Origin: a virus
IMG/VR virus record: IMGVR_UViG_3300031707_000005
Coordinates: 1-64,000 of that record
Length of the DNA stretch: 64,000 bases
Strand: one strand, 5' to 3'
The translations under genes were made by a program, and so were the position numbers. The notes under the pieces are model-generated. The model had not been told where the DNA came from, did not search any database, and saw only the letters and a program-made list of their open reading frames with translations. Position 1 is the first letter of the stretch. Every line of letters starts with the position of its first letter. Below, piece after piece: positions 10,205 to 18,361 of this stretch.

Positions 10205-11914
10205 TCAGGGAGCCGGAGGTTGGTAACGACCACCAACGGACAAAGGACTACCTCCGCCACAACTTCCTGACCAAGCAATAAGTTCAGAGCCTGTCCAGGC
10301 AGTAGCAGACGAATCAACAAGCGTTGAGGGTGGAGCGGAAGTGTCAGTAAGCATTAAATCTGTAACGCGGTCATAAAACGAAACGGTAGTTATACCAGGG
10401 CATGATCCTGTGGACTTAAGAAAGAAAATACGACGTCCATCATCAGCATTCCTACTTGGAACAAAACTTGGGACGCCAGAAGGAACTGGATTAGCGGAAA
10501 ATGTATCGGTAGAAACAGTGTATTTCAGTGCGTCTTTAGAGAAACCACCCCATATATCGATGTTACCAGAGTCATCAATGAAAGCATTCGTATATCCGGT
10601 AGTCGGAAGTGATGAATTGATATTCTTACATCCGGAGAGCGAACAAGAGGCATCAGTCCACGAACGAGCAACCGGGTCGAACACGGAACCATCTGCCAAA
10701 TAACCAGTCAAATCTTGACCACCAAAAACGAAGAGCTTCTCCGTAGACGGAATTGATACCATCGCGAAATCAGATCGGGCCTGAGGAGCCGTACCGGATG
10801 TTGCCACGAAAGAAAAGAAATCGGTTCCTCCAGCACTAGCAAACTCAAGCGTACCGATCAGAGTTCCACTCGAATCAGTGAAACCGCCGAATACATAAAT
10901 ACCACCGGTATAAGTGGTTACAGCTTTATGTCCATATCGGGCGTTCTTGAGCGGAGACGACTTCCCCCAAGTGTCACGAGATGGATCGTATACGTAAACC
11001 GCACTAGTTGGATTAGAACTAGAGTCAAGACCACCAATGGTCGTGAAGAGTTTTTCAGAAAAAACAGCAGCATGTCCAGTTGTCGGAGGAGGCGCACCGA
11101 CAATAGAAAGCGACTGCCAAGCAGGTGTCGGAACGCCACTGATGCATGTTCGTCCATGAACGGCTTTATAACCACATGCACCGCAGTTCATCGGATCAGT
11201 ATTGAGATCCACACAAGACCCGCCGCAAACAGTATCGGTACACGAACCGACTGGACCGGAGTCAGACCCGGAGTCGATACCGGAGTCAGACCCGGGATTA
11301 CCGACGGAACCTGAGTCAACGATAGGATCAGAACCGGAGTCCACAGTCGAACCAAAACCTGAGTCAGTACCTGAATTCACACCAGAGTCATGACCATTCA
11401 TTTGACCATCAGAGTCGTTATTCACGTCAAAAGATGAGAGTTCGTCAACATTAACATTGGCATCGACACAGTTTCCAGCACTACACGTTTGAGTGTCTGT
11501 ACATTCAGAAATTTTTCCAATACATAGGTCATCGAAAAGAAGTGGCAAGAGGAGTGCCTCACCGGATCGATATCCGCTAATCGCTCGCACACGAGCAATT
11601 TCAATACCAGATGAATCGAGTGCAGTTGCCGTAATCTCATAAACACGAGTCACATCGTCATTTTGAGGAACGAGAGAAAACTGCAGAGGCCAACGATATT
11701 TATCCGAGTCGATGATCATCTTCCGATCAAAACGGTTCTCCCACTCCGTGTTCTTACCGTGACCAGAACGAACGCGAATTTCTACACTTTGTGTTTGTGT
11801 ACGAGTATCTAGTTGCGCATCGATTTGTACCATAACCTGAGTAGAAGAGGTGTTTTTAACGGAACATGCAATGATGAAAAATGAAAGAATAAATGTGAAT
11901 ACTTGAAAAATCAT
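10205..11914 (-). CDS. Myxobacterial-type lipoprotein with Cys-rich repeat and kelch propeller
   Basis: Signal peptide with lipobox IIAC; DSG-repeat linker; CGGSCVDLNTDPMNCGACG; kelch blades (TIGG..YDP..W, VFGG). Confidence 0.8.
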   Translation of the reverse strand: MIFQVFTFILSFFIIACSVKNTSSTQVMVQIDAQLDTRTQTQSVEIRVRSGHGKNTEWENRFDRKMIIDSDKYRWPLQFSLVPQNDDVTRVYEITATALDSSGIEIARVRAISGYRSGEALLLPLLFDDLCIGKISECTDTQTCSAGNCVDANVNVDELSSFDVNNDSDGQMNGHDSGVNSGTDSGFGSTVDSGSDPIVDSGSVGNPGSDSGIDSGSDSGPVGSCTDTVCGGSCVDLNTDPMNCGACGYKAVHGRTCISGVPTPAWQSLSIVGAPPPTTGHAAVFSEKLFTTIGGLDSSSNPTSAVYVYDPSRDTWGKSSPLKNARYGHKAVTTYTGGIYVFGGFTDSSGTLIGTLEFASAGGTDFFSFVATSGTAPQARSDFAMVSIPSTEKLFVFGGQDLTGYLADGSVFDPVARSWTDASCSLSGCKNINSSLPTTGYTNAFIDDSGNIDIWGGFSKDALKYTVSTDTFSANPVPSGVPSFVPSRNADDGRRIFFLKSTGSCPGITTVSFYDRVTDLMLTDTSAPPSTLVDSSATAWTGSELIAWSGSCGGGSPLSVGGRYQPPAP

Positions 11915-12549
11915 TCGGCCCTCGACAAAGTCATAATTTCCACACCAGTCCTACTATCCAGTGGAGAAGATTTACTGACGCCACCAGAAGATGCAGCGAT
12001 CGCAACCACGACGCCGGTTACAACAACTGCTCCAATTCCAGTCCAAAACCACCATCGGGAAGTGATCGGTTTACCATCTTTAAAATTAATCGGTTCAGTA
12101 ATCGGTTCAGTTACATGCGATTGAGTTTTCCGTGCAGTCTCTTCTGGCGTCGGAACAACCGGCGTACTGGCTAAAACTGGTTGCTGTGTAACAACTGAAG
12201 ACTCACGTTCAGATTTAGCAGCTTCGAGTGCATGAATCCTACCTTCAACTTCCATGCGGTTATCGGATTCTGGAACTTGAGATAGGTATGCTCGGAACGC
12301 CCAAAGGGCTTTATCATCATGACGCAAACGGTCATGAGCAAGACCAAGGTTATAAAATAGTGTGGGGCGTCCAGAAAGGTCGTACGCTTCTTGCCAGCGT
12401 GAGAGTGCAGCGTCATACCTGCCGCCATCGAACGCTTCACGTCCAGCCTGAAACAGAGCCTTCGCCTCTGCGTCTCGAGTCCCGTCTGCGTGGACTGAAG
12501 AAGCAACCATGGTTAAAATGGCAAACAAAATGTACGGAATTTTTTCCAT
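11911..12549 (-). CDS. Exported TPR protein with C-terminal membrane anchor
   Basis: Signal peptide ..VHA; AKALFQAGREAFDGGRYDAAL..WQEAY..PTLFYNLG TPR; RWWFWTGIGAVVV transmembrane helix; ATGA overlap with the downstream gene. Confidence 0.8.
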   Translation of the reverse strand: MEKIPYILFAILTMVASSVHADGTRDAEAKALFQAGREAFDGGRYDAALSRWQEAYDLSGRPTLFYNLGLAHDRLRHDDKALWAFRAYLSQVPESDNRMEVEGRIHALEAAKSERESSVVTQQPVLASTPVVPTPEETARKTQSHVTEPITEPINFKDGKPITSRWWFWTGIGAVVVTGVVVAIAASSGGVSKSSPLDSRTGVEIMTLSRAE

Positions 12550-12584
12550 ATAGGTTATACTTCAGGTTTTTGATAATTTACGAG

Positions 12585-13160
12585 TCATCTCTCACGAGGC
12601 TTCACGACTGGACTGACAGTGATTTCAACCTTCTTACCGCGAACCACTTCAAAGAGCTCTCGATCAAAAGGCGCACCAGCGTAATATCCCTCCGGGACGA
12701 TCCAATGTGGATGCTTGGCACAAGAACCGTCCTTGCAACGGACGATTTCTTTCATCTTAAAAGGGTCGTATCCAGACCCCGGAACTCGAAAGTCCTCGGG
12801 GTTATTCGGGTCTATGATGGCACTGAAAGAAGTTCGGTGATAATATAGATCACCGAACTCAAGACCGATGAGTGGTAAACGAAGCACGTAAGCCGAATCA
12901 TGTTCGAAATCCGTGGTCCCCTCGAGAAGGTAAGACTTCAAAAGATATCGACTCTGATTTTCAAATTTCTGAATGTTGGCTTCACCGAAGGTGAGCCACT
13001 CAACTCTAGTATTCCAGTCTAAATGAATTGTAACTGTTGTCACACAAGTTTTCGATCGACGAGTGATTTTTCGAAAATCAACACGGTCAATCTTTACCTT
13101 TGAAAGTTTTTCCCTCTCTTCAATTTGATAGGCTTCGAGGGCAGAATAAATATTTCGCAT
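12585..13160 (-). CDS. Hypothetical protein
   Basis: 191 aa ORF with upstream AGGAG. Confidence 0.6.
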   Translation of the reverse strand: MRNIYSALEAYQIEEREKLSKVKIDRVDFRKITRRSKTCVTTVTIHLDWNTRVEWLTFGEANIQKFENQSRYLLKSYLLEGTTDFEHDSAYVLRLPLIGLEFGDLYYHRTSFSAIIDPNNPEDFRVPGSGYDPFKMKEIVRCKDGSCAKHPHWIVPEGYYAGAPFDRELFEVVRGKKVEITVSPVVKPRER

Positions 13161-13226
13161 ACATGCAGTACAAGACTCCTGCAGTGATTTACGAAATCGT
13201 AGTTGGTTGATAAATTGTATTTATGA

Positions 13227-13496
13227 ATGTTCCCGAAATTCCAAAAGAAAGCTCCATCGGAAAAACCGACAGAACAGGCCAGCGAAGAAGACTACGAGTT
13301 ATTCCATACACTGTGTACCGTTTGGTCAGATTGTACGTACGCCCAACAGTATGCAGATGACCAGGACCGTAGTGTCGCACCACTTGCAGCTCGCGAAATA
13401 CGAAAAGCTATTGAAGAATCCATATATGCTGATATGGAAATAGGACTAGATCATATAGAATTACTCAGACGAATTGAATCATCTGAGCCCATCTAG
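13227..13496 (+). CDS. Hypothetical protein
   Basis: 89 aa acidic helical ORF, convergent with the release factor gene. Confidence 0.45.
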   Translation: MFPKFQKKAPSEKPTEQASEEDYELFHTLCTVWSDCTYAQQYADDQDRSVAPLAAREIRKAIEESIYADMEIGLDHIELLRRIESSEPI

Positions 13497-14160
13497 ATCA
13501 CCACGCAAAAACGCCTTTACGGTTATTTGACGTCCAGTCCGATGGTCGGTAACCTGATCTCGTTGTACGGCTATAGTGCGAATTTTATCGCCTCGCATAC
13601 CTGAACCTACCTGATCTTTTCGATCTTGAGCTCGACCGTCAAAAGCCGCCGACTTGATTCGCTCCTGAAGTCTGGACCGAAGAATTTGTAAAGCTTCTTC
13701 TTTATTTTGATGTTGCGAACGTTCTGATTCACAACGAACCATAAGACCAGTAGGTAAATATGTCGCCTGAACAGCCGACTCAGTTTTATTCCGGTGTTGT
13801 CCGCCCGCCCCGGAGCCTCTACAAGTCTTAATTTCCACGTCTCGCATATCGAGCCGCATCTGTTGTTCCGTGACTTCCGGAAGTACGGCAACAGTCACCG
13901 TGGACGTATGGATTCGACCCCGCTTTTCATTTGGGGGCTGGCGCTGCCAACGGTGGCCACCTGATTCTCGAGAAAAGAGCTGGGCAACGTCTTTACCGCT
14001 TGCACGGAAGACAAGGATGCCGGGGCGCTCATCTAAAATAGATAGGTCAAAGAAACCTCCGAGCTCCCATCCGGCAATAAACCGCGAATTGTTCTAGAAC
14101 CAGGGATTTGGCGTCGTCGCCACCCTCTGCGCCGCGTATCTCAACTATGACAGTAGACAT
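13479..14160 (-). CDS. Class I peptide chain release factor homolog (RF1-like, lacks domain 1), made by +1 programmed frameshift, 226 aa
   Basis: ORF1 14160-14047 MSTVIVEIRGAEGGDDAK...ARRFL* (SD AAGGAG); +1 frame from 14048 DLSILDERPG...ESGGHRWQRQPPNEKRGRIHTSTVTVAVLPE...GSGAGGQHRNKTESAV...ERSQHQNK. Confidence 0.9.
14046..14060 (-). promoter_or_regulatory. RF2(prfB)-type +1 ribosomal frameshift site
   Basis: Minus strand GGAGG TTT CTT TGA C: internal SD, 3-nt spacer, slippery CTT, TGA-C; compare E. coli prfB AGGGGG TAT CTT TGA C. Confidence 0.9.
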
Positions 14161-14186
14161 ATTTGACTCCTTCCTAACAATTATAC

Positions 14187-14224
14187 ATCTGGATAGTATT
14201 CATCTATGTTTATCCACTCCGATT
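14187..14224. repeat. Direct repeat copy 1 (38 bp)
   Basis: atctggatagtattcatctatgtttatccactccgatt; 36/38 identical to 14734-14771. Confidence 0.9.
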
Positions 14225-14232
14225 TCATTCGT

Positions 14233-14697
14233 CTAAAGTTGGATAATTTCGATTGGAGGGCCTTCAACGTCCGACCCAGTCTCGCCGTTGATGATGAGTC
14301 CGTCGAACCCGAGATTTTTGAGGATTGGAAGAAGACCCTCGATAAGAGTCGAGATATCGTCCGCCATTTCGGATTCGACACCAGAGGTTTCGTAGATGAA
14401 ATTCAGATGGTCTTCATTGTCGAGGTCAAGAAGAGCGACCTTCGAGAACGAAGGAAAGTCATACTCCTGGACTTCATTGTCCGGGTAGATGGAACGATAT
14501 AATTCCGCGCCCTCCGGAGATACGTGATAATATGAACCTGCCGGACCAACCCTATAGATTTTCCCGTTCCATTGAGCATCTTCGTAGTCTTTGAGAGACT
14601 TCTTTATATATGAAGGTGGATTCTTCAAGTACATGGACTTCGGAACAGTCTTATCGGAAGCAATTCTTTTTGCTATATTGTTAATGTCTATAGTCAC
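14233..14697 (-). CDS. Putative ADP-ribosyltransferase-like protein with N-terminal IAKRIAS leader
   Basis: IYRVG..GSYYHVSPEGAELY..LKNLGFDGLII..E pattern resembles ART-PolyVal-like domains. Confidence 0.45.
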   Translation of the reverse strand: MTIDINNIAKRIASDKTVPKSMYLKNPPSYIKKSLKDYEDAQWNGKIYRVGPAGSYYHVSPEGAELYRSIYPDNEVQEYDFPSFSKVALLDLDNEDHLNFIYETSGVESEMADDISTLIEGLLPILKNLGFDGLIINGETGSDVEGPPIEIIQL

Positions 14698-14733
14698 ATT
14701 CTTTTTACATTAATAATACTTTATAATTATGCA

Positions 14734-14771
14734 ATCTGGATGATATTCATCTATGTTTATCCACTCCGATT
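14734..14771. repeat. Direct repeat copy 2 (38 bp)
   Basis: atctggatgatattcatctatgtttatccactccgatt. Confidence 0.9.
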
Positions 14772-14976
14772 CGGGGACAGGATTTTTCGACAGGACATTC
14801 CCTCCGGGAGGCCTTGATGACAGCGAGGTCGTCAGGACTGGAACCGACAGAGCACCTAATCTTCTCGAGAACTCGTGAAATTTGGCGACGTTCCATGGTT
14901 TTAAATAAAAACTACATAGAGTTGTTAACTTCAGTATACATCCGTAAATTTACTGAGTTTTATTGTAAAATTGGAT

Positions 14977-15474
14977 ATGGGTTTATCAGAAAAACTAAAT
15001 CATATTCGAGAGTTGAAATCAAAAGGTTCTGGATTTGAAGTTCAGGCCATGTATGAAGTCCTGAATCTTGAAAAGACTTCGATCCTTTGGAAGAAGGGTG
15101 ATATCAAGAGATTTGAGGATGTTTTGAGGGATGAATCAGGGGTTTGCACCCCTTCGAGACTAAATTCCTTCAGGAAGGCGACCGAATATTTCGAACGTCA
15201 AACTATCGAGAACCTCGGGGTAGCATGCGTTTGTTTGCTAGCAAACCAAAATGCCAAGACTCGAGAAAGGCTCTTGCCTCACGCCCTAGGATTCCGTAAG
15301 AAATTCGGGGTAGAGCCGACTTATCAGTATTTTTCGCGATTTTTGCGAAAACCGGACACAGGTCCAACCAGAAAAGAGCTTCTGGACTATATCGATAACC
15401 TAAAGCAAGAAATCAGGGAGCTTGGTGGAAGGGTCCCGGTAATGCGACGTGGTGGCTCAAAAAAAGTAAATTAG
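14977..15474 (+). CDS. Hypothetical protein
   Basis: ATG 14977 preceded by TG-TAAAAT-N5 (candidate leaderless start). Confidence 0.6.
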   Translation: MGLSEKLNHIRELKSKGSGFEVQAMYEVLNLEKTSILWKKGDIKRFEDVLRDESGVCTPSRLNSFRKATEYFERQTIENLGVACVCLLANQNAKTRERLLPHALGFRKKFGVEPTYQYFSRFLRKPDTGPTRKELLDYIDNLKQEIRELGGRVPVMRRGGSKKVN

Positions 15475-15518
15475 ATAACGAATAATTGACATATCAAATC
15501 TATGGATTGTGAGGAAAC

Positions 15519-15956
15519 ATGAATAAGAATGATTTCAAATTTTTGCTAAAACTAAACCAAGATATCGATCACGGATGCCAGATTCTTCGAGTGAACCGAG
15601 ATATCTTCCTACCACAACTTCAACTAATTTTTGAAGCGGCTAGTTTTGGAATGGAGCGCTCTCCTGATCAAAAGACTGAAAAAGTCGCGAAAGGAAAGGT
15701 ACCGAAATCCAAGTCAAAACCAGAGACTGGAAAGACTGGCGCAACAGAACGTGCGGGCTTAGTAATTGCCGCTGTGGAAAAGATTTTGGCCAAAACTGAG
15801 TCGATGCGTTTGGTCGATATAATGAACCACTCGAACGTATTTCCGTTAGTAAAGGATTTGAAAAAGCCTCTATCTTCCGTTTGGACAACTCTAAACGACA
15901 GCACTACTATCGTCAAAGTGAAAGACAAGACAGGTTTTTACAAACTGAAGAAATAA
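15519..15956 (+). CDS. Hypothetical basic protein, possible C-terminal winged helix
   Basis: SD GAGG; AVEKILAK..MRLVDIM..SVWTTL..VKVKDKTGFYKL. Confidence 0.5.
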   Translation: MNKNDFKFLLKLNQDIDHGCQILRVNRDIFLPQLQLIFEAASFGMERSPDQKTEKVAKGKVPKSKSKPETGKTGATERAGLVIAAVEKILAKTESMRLVDIMNHSNVFPLVKDLKKPLSSVWTTLNDSTTIVKVKDKTGFYKLKK

Positions 15957-16522
15957 ATAAGATTCGTGAGTTCCCAACACTCTTCTAAAGAATAATCAAG
16001 AGCCTTCAAAACGGATGAATTTTTAGAGCCGCCATTTAATTTAAGAGCTTCCCAAACACGCGAACGAATATTTCCACGAAGTCTATACTCCGGGTCTGCA
16101 TGATATTTAGATTTAAAGGATGCACGGCGTTCATCTCGTTCTACTGCATAGCGTTCTCTCCATAATCGATTCCTACGAGCTTTATTCTCAGGCTTTTGCT
16201 TGTAAGCTTTAGAACGAGCCTTGAAATATGCAGCGTTGGCGAGGTATGTATCTTTACCTCGCTTTTTTGACATGACGACTCGTTCAGGCTTCGAAGAATA
16301 AGCTTTATTCTGAGCCTTGATCAGCGGCTGAGTCGTAGGATCATGGTAACGCTTCTTCCGGCTCTCTCGAGCATCTTTCCGCTCGCATTCAATGCATTTA
16401 GGCGGATAATACTTCCCCTTCATAAGTCGGAATTTTGAGAGTTCCGACTCTCCACATCCAGGACATGGCTTCTTCATGTCCGAAAATACATCGAAAGTCA
16501 AATACTTTTCGACCCCAGCCAC
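15938..16522 (-). pseudogene. Truncated HNH-type homing-endonuclease-like gene
   Basis: CPGC..CIEC zinc finger, basic helical repeats, DPEYRLRGNIRSRVWEALK..K..SVLKALDYSLEEC, then ends before the expected WHIDH nuclease motif. Confidence 0.5.
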
Positions 16523-16547
16523 CGCAAGAGCGACTAGGGTCGAAAAG
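16505..16547 (-). terminator. Long RNA hairpin directly downstream of the major capsid gene
   Basis: cttttcgaccctagtcgc-tcttgcg-gtggctggggtcgaaaag; the mismatches are G-U pairs only on the minus-strand RNA. Confidence 0.7.
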
Positions 16548-16567
16548 GAACCAGGGTTCTAGCTAAT

Positions 16568-17458
16568 TCAGCGTGTCACAATGAGACGCACGAGACCACG
16601 CGGGTTGTACGCGCCGATACCAAGATTCTCAAACATAGAGAACCCTATCGTACGTTCTTCCGGGTTATCCGCCGAGAGAACCGTGAGCTCTGTACGGACC
16701 GGAATACGGCCGAAGTGCTCGGGTTCGCAGCAGATGTAGACAACGCCCTTCGGAACGAGACGGCTGACGATGAACTGAGCATTCCAGCCCGTGCTCATCA
16801 TACCGGTCTTCCACAGCGTCGCCTGCGACTCGATATCCAACACGTCGCGACCGAACTTGCGGATATCCGCGTAGTCCGTTGCGTTCATGTAGACGCGAGC
16901 AACACGGAGGTCGTGCGCTTCGATCTCGGCAAACGCGTCCGCGAGGACGGCAGGCGAGATAGGAGCCACCACCGGGATGTCTGGGTTCGTTCCGCCCGGA
17001 AGCGAATCGAAACCATTCACCGCGATCGCGTCCATGATGCTGAAGACGCGATCGTCTTCGGCAGCCTGAACCTGCGCCTTACCAAGGTCCTGCATACGCT
17101 TCAGGAGGTCATAACGACGCTCCTTGATCTGCGTCAGCGGTGCCTTGGGGAGAGCTGCGATCTCGAAGAGCGGGAAAATCACGCGACGTGGCTTCGCCAC
17201 GGCGGTAATTGACTCGCCTTCTTCACCAATGACGTATGCAACGACATCGGGGTCCTTGTCGTAGATCGGAATCGCGCCATCGGGGAGCTGCTCGACCAAG
17301 AAGGTCTTACGACCAACGGACGAGTAGTCTCTACGCTCGCGCAACGGCTGGATCATCGATGCCGCGAGTCTGCGGCGACCGGCTGAAGAGCCGATGTACT
17401 GGTCGATGAGCTTCTCTTTGACAGTATTGTCAACAACTTTAACGTCAAACGGATTCAT
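16568..17458 (-). CDS. Major capsid protein (HK97 fold, short, no delta domain)
   Basis: GRRRLAASMIQPLRERRDY..VGRKTFLVEQLPDGAIPIYDKD, AAEDDRVF, FENLGIGAYNPRGL; follows protease-scaffold-decoration genes; SD AAAGGA. Confidence 0.85.
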   Translation of the reverse strand: MNPFDVKVVDNTVKEKLIDQYIGSSAGRRRLAASMIQPLRERRDYSSVGRKTFLVEQLPDGAIPIYDKDPDVVAYVIGEEGESITAVAKPRRVIFPLFEIAALPKAPLTQIKERRYDLLKRMQDLGKAQVQAAEDDRVFSIMDAIAVNGFDSLPGGTNPDIPVVAPISPAVLADAFAEIEAHDLRVARVYMNATDYADIRKFGRDVLDIESQATLWKTGMMSTGWNAQFIVSRLVPKGVVYICCEPEHFGRIPVRTELTVLSADNPEERTIGFSMFENLGIGAYNPRGLVRLIVTR

Positions 17459-17483
17459 GATGAATGTCCTTTCTTGTTCCAGC

Positions 17484-18149
17484 TCAGAAGTTGAGCTCGA
17501 GGAACATCTCCGCGCTTGACGCGTCGGGGGGTGAAAGAACGATTCCCATGCGGGTCACGTCCGGCTCAATAGCGACGCCTGCGGCACCGCTACCCGAAGT
17601 TGTGGCATTGATCCACTGCGTCTCGTACGAATCCTGCCAACGATTGGTCAGAAGTCCGTTTACCGACCCGTAGACTCGATCGCCCACTGAGTACGCAACC
17701 GCAGTACCAACCACACCACCACCAACGATGGTCTGGACCTGCGTCTCGTAGAGCTTCACACCGCCTGAGCCACCGCGCAGGAACGGACCCTTGCCCGAAG
17801 CCGGTCCGGGTGTGTTCTCAAACGCGTTACCAGCCGAATCGTTGATGAAGAGCCCGAGGGGACGGGTCTTTGCAACGAAAGCAGATGAAACGAGTGCGGC
17901 ACCGCCGATTGTATTGGGCCCGATATCAGGCCGGGTGAACGCCACTGAACCACCGAGAACGCCCTTTTTGACGTTCACAGGGATAGTGGTGCTTTTTGCC
18001 GAGGGCGTTGTTACGACGCTCGGATTGCTCTGCGTGAATCCGTCTGCCGCCAAGCTCGAAATCGAGTCCTTGATCAGCGAGTACAGGATTCGCAGGGCAG
18101 AAGTACTCAAGCGAAAATCGCCCGAGGCTTGACCGCCAATTGATCCCAT
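17484..18149 (-). CDS. Probable capsid decoration/cement protein
   Basis: Gly-rich beta protein between scaffold and MCP; YSVGDRVYGSVNGLLTN..MGIVLSPP. Confidence 0.65.
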   Translation of the reverse strand: MGSIGGQASGDFRLSTSALRILYSLIKDSISSLAADGFTQSNPSVVTTPSAKSTTIPVNVKKGVLGGSVAFTRPDIGPNTIGGAALVSSAFVAKTRPLGLFINDSAGNAFENTPGPASGKGPFLRGGSGGVKLYETQVQTIVGGGVVGTAVAYSVGDRVYGSVNGLLTNRWQDSYETQWINATTSGSGAAGVAIEPDVTRMGIVLSPPDASSAEMFLELNF

Positions 18150-18361
18150 GATAACTATATCCTTCTGTTGACTTAAGGTTTCTACGTATCTTCTGGTCTG
18201 TCTTAAAACGTAACTTCAGTTCGGTTAACCGCGAAGTTGTCCGTTTCTCGTCTTTCCTTCAGAGCGTATTACCTTAAGATCTACGAGTGGTGCCTGTCTA
18301 CGTATTATATATGTATCAGTTATCGAGTTAAGACCCTTGCAGTATCAAAACTCGACAAATA

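Noticed and set aside
13479-13898. The 139-aa ORF as a stand-alone ArfB-like factor or RF pseudogene
   Set aside because: RF homology continues 50 codons upstream in frame and then into a second frame across a canonical prfB-type shift site with a correctly spaced SD
14720-14900. Small ORF overlapping the upstream direct repeat (SEWINIDEY frame)
   Set aside because: That frame has no convincing start codon and the alternative 49-codon frame has no support
15486-15491. TTGACA -35 box upstream of 15519
   Set aside because: No acceptable -10 hexamer at 16-18 nt spacing
16568-17458. Cellular encapsulin nanocompartment
   Set aside because: Portal, terminase, protease and scaffold context indicate a phage capsid
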